A DNA stretch of 64,000 nucleotides, from assembly GCA_050916045.1 (NCBI GenBank), contig CP051526.1, positions 1,248,001 to 1,312,000 of the forward strand, in the 5' to 3' direction. The stretch comes from Tepidisphaera sp. (GTDB lineage Bacteria; Planctomycetota; Phycisphaerae; Phycisphaerales; UBA1924). Each line of letters starts with the position of its first letter. The first letter of the stretch is position 1. Of the stretch, positions 1 to 9,512 are shown one piece after another. The position numbers were made by a program, and so were the translations under genes. The notes below the pieces were generated by a model, which did not search any database, was not told the origin of the DNA, and saw only the letters and a program-made list of their open reading frames with translations.

Positions 1-438
1 GCCGTCGGCGTCTACATGGTCGTCGGGATGATCAATAAGAAGCCCGCGACCGCCGACGCCACCACCCTCGCCAAGGGCGACGATCAGTCCAAGGAAGAGT
101 TTGTCGAGATCCCCATCGTCGAGGACAACTTCCAGAACATGCAGACCGGCCGCGTGTGGGTCTGGGACGCGTCCATCACCGTCCGCGTCCGCAAACGCTA
201 CGAGGAGAAGGTCAACGGCCTGCTCCAGAAGCGGGTGGCCGAGATCCACGAGGGCATCGCGACGATCTTCCGCCGGGCCACCTCGGCTCAGCTCAAGGAA
301 CCGGGCCTCGAGACCATCAACCGCCAGCTCACGGCGTACCTGGATGAGGTCTTCGGCAAGGACACCACCGGCGAAGAGCCTGTCAGCCACATCGAGCGGG
401 TGCTGATCCCCCGGTGCCGAGGCTTCCCCGCCGAATAA
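1..438 (+). CDS. fliL: FliL-like flagellar basal-body associated protein (5' partial)
   Basis: Frame is open from the window start. Hydrophobic N-terminal stretch, then a FliL-like C-terminal region (EIHEGIATIFRRATSAQLKEPGLETINRQL). Lies directly upstream of fliN-fliO-fliP. Confidence 0.6.
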   Translation, partial: AVGVYMVVGMINKKPATADATTLAKGDDQSKEEFVEIPIVEDNFQNMQTGRVWVWDASITVRVRKRYEEKVNGLLQKRVAEIHEGIATIFRRATSAQLKEPGLETINRQLTAYLDEVFGKDTTGEEPVSHIERVLIPRCRGFPAE

Positions 439-618
439 CGGCCCGGGCGGGCCGGCGACATGGGGTGAACGCCCCCGGAAAAGTTACAGGACGTGGTTTG
501 GTCCGTTCCTGCGCCTTTTTCTTGCGCCGAAGGGGGGGGTCGAATTATGGCTTTGGAGGCGGTCTGAGCCGATTCCACCCTGCCCCCGGGGAGTCCGGGG
601 CATTCAGGGAGGCCACGG

Positions 619-1101
619 ATGGCCGAAGACACGACCAATTCCAGCAATCCAACCGATTCCACCACTGGCGCGACCCCCGGCGGCGCGGGATCCATGGCGG
701 AAGCCGCGCTGAACGCGGCGCAGGAAGCCGTCGCCGGTCTGGCCGGCGGCCTGGGGGTGGGCAAGACGCCAACCGGCGCGACGCCCATGCCGCTTCCCGC
801 CCTCACGGCCAACCTCTCCCCCGCACAACAGAAAGCCATCGAGCTGCTCTCGGACGTCAACCTCGACGTCAAGATCGAGCTCGGCCGCGCCCGCATGCTC
901 GTCGAGGACGTCCTCAAGCTCAGCGAGGGCGCGGTGGTGGAGCTCGACAAGCTTGCGGGTGATCCGGTGGACATCTTTGTGAACAACCGGCATGTCGCCC
1001 GCGGCGAGGTGCTTGTGCTCAACGACAGCTTCTGCGTTCGTGTCAGTGAGATTCTGCAGCAGGTGAGCGACCCGGCAACGGCCGTCGCGACGCCCGCGTG
1101 A
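619..1101 (+). CDS. fliN: Flagellar motor switch protein FliN
   Basis: SpoA/FliN domain [17 protein letters not shown]...[42 protein letters not shown] upstream. Confidence 0.95.
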   Translation: MAEDTTNSSNPTDSTTGATPGGAGSMAEAALNAAQEAVAGLAGGLGVGKTPTGATPMPLPALTANLSPAQQKAIELLSDVNLDVKIELGRARMLVEDVLKLSEGAVVELDKLAGDPVDIFVNNRHVARGEVLVLNDSFCVRVSEILQQVSDPATAVATPA

Positions 1102-1172
1102 GATTGACAAGACCCTCTGAATGAAGCACGGCACGCGAGTGCCGGGTGGCGACTCTGCCCGTGGAGATGGCG

Positions 1173-2213
1173 ATGACGAAGTTTGGCAAGCACAACCCGG
1201 TCCTGGCCGCACTGCTGGCCGCTTCGTTCGCGACGTGCGCCTCCGCCGGTCCGGAAGACACCTTCATCGGCCCCATGCCGATCAAGCCCGAGCCCGCTTC
1301 GGTCGCTCCGACCCAGCCGAGAACCAACGCTTCGACTGCCGCCCCGGCTTCAGCCCCCGCCGCTGAGTTCCGCGAGCCCGCTGCTCAGCCTGCGCCGGAA
1401 CGGGCCGAACCCGTCAAGCCCCTCGATCTCGCTCCCCTCGCCGAGTCCGTCAAGGCGTCCCGGCCCAATCCCGACGCACAGATCGCGCTGGGCGGAAAGT
1501 CCAAAGCCGAATCGCAGCCCGCGACTCCCTCCTCCGAAGCGCCCGCGACAACCGGCTTGGGTGTGACCCGCACGATCCTCTCGCTTTCTGTCGTCATCGC
1601 GCTCATCCTTCTCATCGCGGGCGTGGTCAAGAAGCTCTCCGGCCGCGTCGGCGGTCTGACCGCCGCTCTGGGCGCCGCCGGCAAGGCCCCGTCGGGCATC
1701 CTGTCGATCCTCGGCCGATACCCGCTGGACCGCTCGACCACCCTGATCCTGCTCCGAGTCGATCGCCGCGTCCTACTGCTCTGCCAGACGCGAGCCAGCG
1801 GCCGCTTTGGTTCGGGCACGGCTTGCGTCGTCACCCTCAGCGAGTTCGCGTCCGAAGCGGACGTCGCGTCCATCGTCGCAAAGGCGACCGCTGCGGACGG
1901 GAAAGCCCCTTCGCAGCGCTTCCAGCAGGCTCTCGAGGATGAGGGTGTCCTTCCCGAAGAGCCCGCGCCCGCCCGTCCCGCTCCGGCCGCCAAGCCCGCC
2001 AAGAAGCAGACGGAGCAGGAAGCCCTCGCCGCGATGCTCCGGGCCGCTCTCGAAGCTTCGAAAGCCGAACGGCCCGCCGCGGCTCCGGCCACGCCCAAGC
2101 CCTCCAAGATCGGCGGATCCGACGCCGCCGCCGAACTTCGCACCCGCCTTGCCGCGATGCGTGCCAAAGCCGCTCTCGGCGGCAACCCCCGCCGCACGGA
2201 GATGGTCGCTTGA
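1173..2213 (+). CDS. fliO: Flagellar biosynthesis protein FliO with long Pro/Ala-rich extensions
   Basis: Signal-like N-terminus, one TM segment (ILSLSVVIALILLIAGVV), then FliO core LSILGRYPLDRSTTLILLRVDRRVLLL. Position between fliN and fliP. Start chosen after GGAG; 1146 and 1167 are alternatives. Confidence 0.8.
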   Translation: MTKFGKHNPVLAALLAASFATCASAGPEDTFIGPMPIKPEPASVAPTQPRTNASTAAPASAPAAEFREPAAQPAPERAEPVKPLDLAPLAESVKASRPNPDAQIALGGKSKAESQPATPSSEAPATTGLGVTRTILSLSVVIALILLIAGVVKKLSGRVGGLTAALGAAGKAPSGILSILGRYPLDRSTTLILLRVDRRVLLLCQTRASGRFGSGTACVVTLSEFASEADVASIVAKATAADGKAPSQRFQQALEDEGVLPEEPAPARPAPAAKPAKKQTEQEALAAMLRAALEASKAERPAAAPATPKPSKIGGSDAAAELRTRLAAMRAKAALGGNPRRTEMVA

Positions 2214-3178
2214 AGCTGATCGCCGCGTTCATCCTGAGCCTGATCGCGCTGACCGCGCCGGCATGGGCCCAGGAGGTTCAGGGCCCCGGCATCCGCCAGC
2301 CCTCAACCCCCGGCCAGTATCGCCCGGTCATGGACGTTCCCGAGCTCCCCTCCGGGTCGGTCAATCCGATCCAGCTTCTTGACCAAGCGTCCCGCGCTCT
2401 GCCCGGTGGCAAGGGCGCCTCCGAAGACCGCCCCGGTATCAGCCCGATCGTGAGCGTGATGGTGCTGCTCACCGTCGTGAGCCTCGCGCCCGCGATCATG
2501 CTCATGACGACCTGCTTTGTCAGGGTGATCGTCGTCCTCGGTCTGCTCAAGCAGGCGATGGGCACGCAGACGATCCCGCCGCCGCAGGTGACCACGGGTC
2601 TGGCGCTCTTCATGACCATGCTCGTCATGGCGCCCACCGTCGAACGCATCAACCGCGAAGCCATCGTCCCGTATCAGCAGGGCCAGATCCGCGACTACGA
2701 CGAGCTCTGGGACCGTGCCAAGCAGCCGATGCGCGACTTCATGTTCGCCCAGATCGATGCCACCGGCAACTGGTCCAGCGTCTACATGGTCCTGGATTAC
2801 CGCGGCGTGGACACCAGCGAGCCCGAGAAGCTCACCCGCGCCGATGTCGACATGGTCACGCTCGTCCCCGCTTTCCTCCTCTCCGAGCTCAAGACCGCCT
2901 TCATCATGGGGTTCCGCATCTACCTGCCCTTCCTCGTGATCGACATGGTCATCAGCACGATCCTCATCTCCATGAGCATGATGATGCTCCCGCCCGTCAT
3001 GATCAGCCTGCCGTTCAAGCTCCTCCTCTTCGTCATGGTGGATGGCTGGCAGCTCATCGTCGGGAGCCTGATGCGGAGCTTCGAGCAGCCCGCGGCCGTC
3101 CACGCCGCCGCTTCGCTCGGCCGCCAGCTTCCCTCGATCCACTCCACCCTCCAGAGCTTCATGCCCTGGCTTGCCTAG
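2210..3178 (+). CDS. fliP: Flagellar type III export gate FliP
   Basis: LAPAIMLMTTCFVRVIVVL, PPPQV, PAFLLSELKTAF, MMMLPPVMISLPFKLLLFVMVDGW signatures. Confidence 0.97.
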   Translation: MKLIAAFILSLIALTAPAWAQEVQGPGIRQPSTPGQYRPVMDVPELPSGSVNPIQLLDQASRALPGGKGASEDRPGISPIVSVMVLLTVVSLAPAIMLMTTCFVRVIVVLGLLKQAMGTQTIPPPQVTTGLALFMTMLVMAPTVERINREAIVPYQQGQIRDYDELWDRAKQPMRDFMFAQIDATGNWSSVYMVLDYRGVDTSEPEKLTRADVDMVTLVPAFLLSELKTAFIMGFRIYLPFLVIDMVISTILISMSMMMLPPVMISLPFKLLLFVMVDGWQLIVGSLMRSFEQPAAVHAAASLGRQLPSIHSTLQSFMPWLA

Positions 3179-3189
3179 GAGCTCCCCGC

Positions 3190-3450
3190 GTGTCGCTCGA
3201 CCAATCGACCATCGAACTGGTGCAGCAGGCCCTGATCATCACGCTCAAGGTCACGGCGCCCATCCTCGCCGCCGGCGTGATCATCGGCCTGATCGTCAGC
3301 GTCTTGCAAGCGGTCACCTCCATCCAGGACCAGACCATCGCCACGGTCCCCAAGATCATCATCATGCTCATCGTCGCGATCCTCCTCACGGGCTGGATCG
3401 TGCAGCGTCTCATCGATTACTCCGGGATGCTCTTCACGCTCAAGGTCTAG
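3190..3450 (+). CDS. fliQ: Flagellar export protein FliQ
   Basis: GLIVSVLQAVTSIQDQTIATVPK motif, 86 aa, operon position. Confidence 0.95.
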   Translation: MSLDQSTIELVQQALIITLKVTAPILAAGVIIGLIVSVLQAVTSIQDQTIATVPKIIIMLIVAILLTGWIVQRLIDYSGMLFTLKV

Positions 3451-3471
3451 CTCCGCCCACGCCCCGCGCGA

Positions 3472-4269
3472 ATGAACGCGATCACGCCCATCCTCGACCA
3501 CGTCGTCCCCTTCTGCCTCGTGCTGGCCAGGGTGGCGGGGTTGTTCATCGCGGCCCCGATCCTCGCCAACGTGAGCGTGCCGATGCGGGCGCGGGCGTTG
3601 CTTGCCGCGGCCCTCGCCGTCGCCCTTTACCCTGTCGTGCCGCGTGAATACCAGAGCACATCCACGATCGGCTTCCTCGACCTGCTCCCCGCGATCTTGG
3701 GCGAGATGCTGATCGGCGGCGCGATGGGCATGATCGCCGTGATCCCGCTGGTCGCGATGGACATGGCGGGCACCTTCTCCGGCCAGATCATGGGCCTTGG
3801 TCTCGCCCGCGTGTTCAACCCCGAAATGGACGGCGACTTTGACGTCCTGGGTCAGTTCCTCTACATCATGGCGGGCGCGATCTTCGTCCTGGTCGGCGGC
3901 GTCGAGTCGCTGTTTCTCGCCCTGGCGGGCACGTTTCGCACGCTTCCCGCCGGCGGCATCGGCCTCACCGACGCTCCGCTTTCCCTGTTTGTGGACACGG
4001 TGACGTCCGGGCTTCAGCTCGCGATCCGCGTGAGCCTTCCCGTGCTCGGGATCGTCTCGCTTCTCACGGTTGCGCTGGGCGCGGTGGGCAAGACGATGCC
4101 GCAGATGAACGTCATGAACGTCGGGTTCACCTTCAAGTCGTACGCCGGCCTGGCGATGCTGACCGCCGCGATCGGCGGCGTTGCGATCGTCTGCGGCGAT
4201 GAGATCACCTTCGTCCTTAACCAGATCAGCGTCTGGGCGTCCGAACTCGGCGCCCCCGCGATGGACTGA
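3472..4269 (+). CDS. fliR: Flagellar export protein FliR
   Basis: Polytopic membrane protein with AG..SGQIMGL and KTMPQMNVMNVGFTFK motifs, between fliQ and flhB. Confidence 0.93.
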   Translation: MNAITPILDHVVPFCLVLARVAGLFIAAPILANVSVPMRARALLAAALAVALYPVVPREYQSTSTIGFLDLLPAILGEMLIGGAMGMIAVIPLVAMDMAGTFSGQIMGLGLARVFNPEMDGDFDVLGQFLYIMAGAIFVLVGGVESLFLALAGTFRTLPAGGIGLTDAPLSLFVDTVTSGLQLAIRVSLPVLGIVSLLTVALGAVGKTMPQMNVMNVGFTFKSYAGLAMLTAAIGGVAIVCGDEITFVLNQISVWASELGAPAMD

Positions 4270-4290
4270 CCCCCTTCCGGAGCACCTCCC

Positions 4291-5364
4291 TTGGCCGAAG
4301 ACATGGGCGACAAGACAGAGCAGCCGTCGCAGAAAAAGCTCGGCGACGCCCGCGAGAAGGGCCAGATCGCCAAGAGCATCGACCTCTCCGGAGCCGTCGA
4401 TCTCATCGGCGCCGCGCTGCTCCTCGCCGGGTCCGGCGCGCTGCTCCTCGCCCTCGGTGGCGCCCTCATGCGAAGCCAGCTCGTCTCCGGCGTCGGCAGC
4501 GAGGCTCTGGACTTCAAGTCCACGATCCTGATGATCCGTGAAGCCGCCATCAAGTGCGGCCTGGCCATGGTCCCCTTCATGATCGCCGCCGCCGGCATCG
4601 CCGCCCTCTCCCACATCCTTCAGGTCGGCTTCAACTGGTCCGGACACCCGCTCATCCCTGATCTCAACCGCCTCAACCCCGTCTCCGGCTTCCAGCGCGT
4701 CCTCAGCATGAAGGGCATCGCCAAAGGCCTCGCCGGCATGCTCAAGCTCGCGGTGGTGGGGTGGATCACGTGGGTGCTCATCAAGAACCAAGCACCGCTG
4801 ATCGCCGCGCTCCCCGCCATGGGCCTGGCTTCGGGCATGCTGATGATCGGCATCCTCGCCGCGAAAGCCGCCGCATGGATCCTCATCCTTCTCCTCGCCA
4901 TCGGCGTCGTCGATTACGGCTTCAACTGGTGGCAGCACCACAAGAACCTCCGCATGACCAAGCAGGAGGTCAAGGACGAGCACAAGGACATGGAGGGTGA
5001 CCCGCACCTCAAGGGTCGCCGAATGAAGGTCATGCGGCAACTCGCCCAGCAGCGAGCCCAGAACGTCGTCCCCAAAGCCGACGTCATCATCACCAACCCC
5101 ACGCACTTCTCCGTCGCCATCAAGTACGACCAGGGCAAGATGGGCGCCCCGCGCGTCATCGCCAAGGGCGTCGATCACCTCGCGTTCGAGATCCGCAAGA
5201 TCGCCAAAGCCCACGACGTCCCGATCCTCGAACGCCCGCCGCTGGCGAGAGCTCTCTACTACGCCGTCGACGTCGGCGGCGAGGTCCCCCCCGAGCAGTA
5301 CCAGGCCGTCGCCGAAGTCCTCGCCTACGTCTACCGCCTCAAGCAACGCATCGCCGCCGCCTAA
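4291..5364 (+). CDS. flhB: Flagellar export switch FlhB
   Basis: KTEQPSQKKL, LRMTKQEVKDEHKDMEGDP, autocleavage NPTH motif. Confidence 0.97.
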   Translation: MAEDMGDKTEQPSQKKLGDAREKGQIAKSIDLSGAVDLIGAALLLAGSGALLLALGGALMRSQLVSGVGSEALDFKSTILMIREAAIKCGLAMVPFMIAAAGIAALSHILQVGFNWSGHPLIPDLNRLNPVSGFQRVLSMKGIAKGLAGMLKLAVVGWITWVLIKNQAPLIAALPAMGLASGMLMIGILAAKAAAWILILLLAIGVVDYGFNWWQHHKNLRMTKQEVKDEHKDMEGDPHLKGRRMKVMRQLAQQRAQNVVPKADVIITNPTHFSVAIKYDQGKMGAPRVIAKGVDHLAFEIRKIAKAHDVPILERPPLARALYYAVDVGGEVPPEQYQAVAEVLAYVYRLKQRIAAA

Positions 5365-5424
5365 ACCCCCTGTCCGCCGTCCCGCACGCTCTTCTGATCC
5401 AAGCCCGAAACGGAACCGCGTCCC

Positions 5425-7578
5425 ATGCCCACGCCCGCCATGCAATCCGCGAAGCTCCCGAACTGGATGACCCAGATCCAGCGGTTCCGCGGCCTGATCG
5501 TGCCCGTCGGGTTCGTCTCCCTGCTGACGGTCCTGCTCGTCCCGCTGCCGTCGGCGATGCTCGACATTCTGATCGCGCTCAACATCGCGCTCTCGATCAT
5601 CGTGCTGCTGACCACCGTCTACATGAACGAGCCGCTGGACTTCAGCGCCTTCCCCTCGCTGCTCCTGGCCGTCACGATGTACCGCCTGGTGCTCAATATC
5701 GCTTCGACCCGCCTCGTCCTCACGGCGGATGCCTCGTCCCCGGAGGAAGCGATGCACGTCGCCGGGCACGTGATCGCGGCGTTCGGCAACTTCGTCGCGG
5801 GCGACTCGCTCTTTGTCGGCGTCATCATCTTCATCATCCTGGTGATCGTGCAGTTCATCGTGGTGAGCAAGGGTGCCACACGCATCTCGGAAGTCGCCGC
5901 ACGCTTCACCCTCGACGCCATGCCCGGCAAGCAGATGGCGATTGACTCGGACCTCAACGCCGGAGTCATCGACGAGAAGGAAGCCCGCCGTCGCCGCGCC
6001 CGCGTCGCCCAGGAAGCCGACTTCTTCGGTGCCATGGATGGTGCTTCCAAGTTCGTCCGCGGCGATGCGATCGCCGGCATCATCATCACCGCCGTCAACA
6101 TCCTCGGCGGGTTCGCCGTCGGCATGGTTCAGAAGGGCTGGGAAGCCGGCAAGACCGCCGAGGTCTTCACCAAGCTCACCATCGGCGACGGTCTCACCAG
6201 CCAGATCCCCGCCCTCGTCGTCTCCATCGCTTCGGCCCTCATCGTCACCCGCTCCGGTAGCAAAGCCCAGCTCGGCGATGAGCTCGCCGACCAGATGGCA
6301 AGCCAGCCCAAGGGCCTCATCATCACCGGCGTCTTCCTCCTCATCCTCGCGATGACGCCGCTCCCCACGATCCCGCTCGTCGTGACCGCCGTCGCCCTCT
6401 TCGGCATCGCCTACGCCATCAACCGCTCCCGCAAGGTCACCGCGAACGCCGAGCTTGAAGTCGCCGCCGAAGCGGCCAAGAAGCCCGTCGAGCCCCCGCA
6501 GGTCGAATCCCTCCTCAAGGTCGACACGCTCGAACTTGAAGTCGGTCACAGCCTCGTCGGCCTCGTCGACGTCGGAAGCGGTGGCGATCTGCTGGACCGG
6601 ATCTCGGCTGTTCGTCGCCAGCTCGCGCTGGAGTTCGGTCTCGTGATGCCCCCGGTCCGCATCCGCGACAACATCCAGCTCGACACCTGCGCGTACCGCT
6701 TCAAGATCCGCGGCAACCCCGTCGCCGAAGGGATCATCCGTCCGGGCAAGCTCATGGCGATGGACTCGGGGATCGCAAGCGGCGTCATCGAGGGCGAGGA
6801 AACCGTCGAGCCCGCCTTCGGCCTGGCCGCCCGCTGGATCGAGTCCTCGCTCCGCGGACGCGCCGAAGCCATGAACTACACCGTCGTCGAGCCCACCGCC
6901 GTCATGGCCACGCACCTCACCGAACTCGTCAAGACCCACGCCGATGAGCTTCTCACCCGCGAAGAGGTCGGAAACCTGCTCGAAGAATGCAAGAAGAAAG
7001 CCGCCAAGCTCGTCGAGGAGACCGTCCCGGCGATCCTCAAGCCCACCGAGCTTCAGAAGCTGCTCCAGAACCTTCTCCGTGAACGCGTCCCGATCCGCGA
7101 TCTCGAGACCGTGCTTGAGACCGTCGCGGAGTGGGGCACCAAGACCAAGGACCTCGAGGTTCTCACCGAGTACGTCCGCAACGGTCTCAGGCGCACGATC
7201 TGCAACCAGTACGCGGCCGTCCCGCCCGGAGGCCTCAAGCCCAAGCTGGTCTGCGTCACGCTTGACCCGACGATCGAGGATCAGATCAACGCGTACATCG
7301 ATCGCGGCCCGGCGGGCACGGTCGTCAACATGCCGGCCCGCGCCGCTGCACGCTTCGCCGACCAGATCGCCAAGGGCCTCAGGCTCGTCACCGACGCGGG
7401 ACATCTCCCGGTCGTCATCGCAAGCCCGCAGGTTCGCGCGGTCGTCCGCCAGGTCATCGAGCCGCACGTCCCCGGCGTCGCGGTCCTCGGTTACAACGAG
7501 ATCGCCGGAGGGATCGAAGTCGAGTCCCTCGCGCTCATCACCCCCGCCGAAGAACAGACCACCCTCGCCGCGGCTTGA
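5425..7578 (+). CDS. flhA: Flagellar export gate FlhA
   Basis: FHIPEP signature RISEVAARFTLDAMPGKQMAIDSDL, FFGAMDGASKFVRGDA. Confidence 0.98.
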   Translation: MPTPAMQSAKLPNWMTQIQRFRGLIVPVGFVSLLTVLLVPLPSAMLDILIALNIALSIIVLLTTVYMNEPLDFSAFPSLLLAVTMYRLVLNIASTRLVLTADASSPEEAMHVAGHVIAAFGNFVAGDSLFVGVIIFIILVIVQFIVVSKGATRISEVAARFTLDAMPGKQMAIDSDLNAGVIDEKEARRRRARVAQEADFFGAMDGASKFVRGDAIAGIIITAVNILGGFAVGMVQKGWEAGKTAEVFTKLTIGDGLTSQIPALVVSIASALIVTRSGSKAQLGDELADQMASQPKGLIITGVFLLILAMTPLPTIPLVVTAVALFGIAYAINRSRKVTANAELEVAAEAAKKPVEPPQVESLLKVDTLELEVGHSLVGLVDVGSGGDLLDRISAVRRQLALEFGLVMPPVRIRDNIQLDTCAYRFKIRGNPVAEGIIRPGKLMAMDSGIASGVIEGEETVEPAFGLAARWIESSLRGRAEAMNYTVVEPTAVMATHLTELVKTHADELLTREEVGNLLEECKKKAAKLVEETVPAILKPTELQKLLQNLLRERVPIRDLETVLETVAEWGTKTKDLEVLTEYVRNGLRRTICNQYAAVPPGGLKPKLVCVTLDPTIEDQINAYIDRGPAGTVVNMPARAAARFADQIAKGLRLVTDAGHLPVVIASPQVRAVVRQVIEPHVPGVAVLGYNEIAGGIEVESLALITPAEEQTTLAAA

Positions 7579-7601
7579 CCGTGCCATGAAAGGAACACGC
7601 G

Positions 7602-8006
7602 ATGGAACCCAAATCCCCCAAGCCCCCCTCCGCCGCGGACATCGCCGCCTTGCGTGCCGCGGTCGTCGGCGTCGCTGCTGAACCGGCTATCAAGCTCTCC
7701 AAACCCGTAGCCGACGTCGCCGGGTTCCGGTCCACGACCTGGACCGCCGCCCCGTCCGCGATCCAGACCGCCAGTCCCCCGGTGGCCAGTCTCCGCGGCT
7801 CGGCCTCTCCCTCTCCCTCGTCGGCGGCTCCGGCGGTCGCTCCGCGCCCGGCGCCCGTGCCGGCCGCCAAGCCTCCCGAAGTCACGGTGGGGGGGCTCCT
7901 TCAGGAGGTTGGCGACCTTCGCAGGATGGTTGCGGCGATGTCCGAATCCCTTCGGTCGCTCGAAGCGCGACTGGCGACCGTTCAGGCCGCTCCGCCGCGT
8001 GGATAA
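7602..8006 (+). CDS. Hypothetical Pro/Ala-rich protein with short C-terminal coiled coil (possible FlhF N-terminal remnant)
   Basis: AAGGA SD; low-complexity linker followed by LLQEVGDLRRMVAAMSESLRSLEARL; sits where flhF usually follows flhA. Confidence 0.5.
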   Translation: MEPKSPKPPSAADIAALRAAVVGVAAEPAIKLSKPVADVAGFRSTTWTAAPSAIQTASPPVASLRGSASPSPSSAAPAVAPRPAPVPAAKPPEVTVGGLLQEVGDLRRMVAAMSESLRSLEARLATVQAAPPRG

Positions 8007-8060
8007 CTTGTGGACAAGTCCGGGTTTTGGTGAATTCCGGCACGACCGCGTCCTTTCCGC

Positions 8061-8088
8061 TCAAGCGCGGGCCCCGATCCGTCGATGC
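8061..8088 (+). promoter_or_regulatory. Putative sigma28 (FliA/WhiG)-type promoter
   Basis: TCAAG-N15-GTCGATGC, resembling the sigma28 consensus (TAAA/TCAAG...GCCGATAA), upstream of the 8130 ORF and fliA. Confidence 0.4.
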
Positions 8089-8129
8089 CAGTCTGTTCCG
8101 TACCGCCTGAAGAGTCGAGGGCCCGTTCG

Positions 8130-8399
8130 ATGAGCGCACCGAGTCGAGTCATCGCGTCGATTTTCGCTCTTTCCGCCTTTCTGGTGGCGACTTTGTCGGG
8201 TTTGTTCGCGGGAGCGTCGGCGACCGAGACGCTCCTCCGAGCGCTTCCGGTCATGATCCTGTTCTATCTTGTTGGGGGTGTGATAGGGTCATTAATCGAG
8301 TCGATGATCAGCGCCGCGCATCACGCAGGAGCTGGATCCCCCGGGCACGGTGGAAAACCGGTGGAAAACTCGGGGGCCGGTGTCAAAGATTCCGGCTGA
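8130..8399 (+). CDS. Small two-TM hypothetical membrane protein upstream of fliA
   Basis: Two hydrophobic helices (VIASIFALSAFLVATLSGLF; LPVMILFYLVGGVIGSLI); GAGG upstream. Confidence 0.65.
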   Translation: MSAPSRVIASIFALSAFLVATLSGLFAGASATETLLRALPVMILFYLVGGVIGSLIESMISAAHHAGAGSPGHGGKPVENSGAGVKDSG

Positions 8400-8561
8400 T
8401 TCGGGCAAAATTTCCGGAATTTCTCATTTTTTTGAGCATGACCGGGCGGGAAGTTGTTATCACTATGTCGGAGGCATGGAATGCCTCTGTGGAATGGAAT
8501 CCAGTGAAGAGCCCGGCAGAGGATCGCCGCCGGACTCGAGAATGGTCAAGGAGTCGACCAT

Positions 8562-9443
8562 ATGACGACCATGAAGGTCGCGCGAGGGCTGTCTCGTCAG
8601 GCCAATCGCGCCGCGTACCGGCAGGCTGAGATCTCGAAATCTCGCTCGGAATTCGACAAGAAGCCGGTCAACGACGTCTGGCGTGAGCTGCAGCGTCTCC
8701 CGGAGGATTCGCCGCGCCGCCGCGACATCCGCAACTACTTCATGGAGCGCTTCCTGCCGCTCGTGCGGTACAACGCCGAACGCATCCACACTCGACTCCC
8801 CGACGAGGTCGACATCGAGGACCTCATGTCCGCCGGCGTCTTCGGCCTCATGGACGCCATCGACGCTTTCGACCTTGAACGCAAGGTGAAGTTCGAGACC
8901 TACTGCGCCCCGCGCATCCGCGGCGCCATCCTCGACGAACTCCGGTCGATGGACTGGGTGCCCCGTCTCGTCCGCCACCGCACCTCCAAGTTCGAGCAGG
9001 CCCGCCAGCAGATCGAAATGGCCACCGGCGTCAGCCCCACCGACGATCAGGTCGCCATCCGACTGGGCCTCGAAGGCGAGGAATTCGACAAGCTCAAGCG
9101 CGACAGCTTCGCCGTCAACACGCGAAGCCTCACGCAGCGGTGCTTCAACTCCGACGGCAACCGCGATGTCCGCGAGATCGACGTGATCAAGGACGAATCG
9201 CAGCGCAACCCGCAGAACGAGGTGCAGCGCCGCGACCTCAAGGAACTGATCACCAAGGGCCTCAGCCGCGCCGAACGCCTCATCGTCATCCTCTACTACT
9301 ACGAGGGCATGACCATGAAGGAAATCGGCTCGACCCTGGACCTCTCCGAAAGCCGCGTCAGCCAGATGCATAGTTCGATCCTCCTCCGCCTCAAAGCCCA
9401 GATGCAGCACCGCACGAAGGAGCTCGAGGAAGTCGAGGAGTAA
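8562..9443 (+). CDS. fliA: FliA/WhiG family RNA polymerase sigma factor
   Basis: DLMSAGVFGLMDAIDAFD, FETYCAPRIRGAILDELRSMDWVPR, region 4 TMKEIGSTLDLSESRVSQMH; AAGGAG SD. Confidence 0.95.
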   Translation: MTTMKVARGLSRQANRAAYRQAEISKSRSEFDKKPVNDVWRELQRLPEDSPRRRDIRNYFMERFLPLVRYNAERIHTRLPDEVDIEDLMSAGVFGLMDAIDAFDLERKVKFETYCAPRIRGAILDELRSMDWVPRLVRHRTSKFEQARQQIEMATGVSPTDDQVAIRLGLEGEEFDKLKRDSFAVNTRSLTQRCFNSDGNRDVREIDVIKDESQRNPQNEVQRRDLKELITKGLSRAERLIVILYYYEGMTMKEIGSTLDLSESRVSQMHSSILLRLKAQMQHRTKELEEVEE

Positions 9444-9468
9444 CGCTCCCGCCCCGCACGATTTTCGC

Positions 9469-9508
9469 CGGCCCCGCTTGCTTCCGCACGCGGGGCCGCT
9501 TTGCTTTT
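9469..9508 (+). terminator. Rho-independent terminator after fliA
   Basis: Stem CGGCCCCGC (9469-9477) / GCGGGGCCG (9490-9498) followed by CTTTGCTTTT. Confidence 0.7.
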
Positions 9509-9512
9509 GCAG

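Noticed and set aside
522..551. G8 tract between a possible TTGCGC -35 and TATGGC -10 upstream of fliN as a phase-variable promoter
   Set aside because: The -10 match is poor and G-runs are frequent in this DNA.
3175..7587. 1470-aa minus-strand ORF (and similar long ORFs 11087..14434 +, 19995..22259 +, 28567..31797 -, 62961..63986 -)
   Set aside because: Antisense shadows of well-supported genes (fliQ-flhA, ileS, secDF, panC region, rny); an expected artefact of high GC3 codon bias, with no motifs.
7998..8470. Replication origin
   Set aside because: Only four imperfect boxes, partly within ORFs, and no dnaA/dnaN/parAB context; retained only as a possible regulatory motif.
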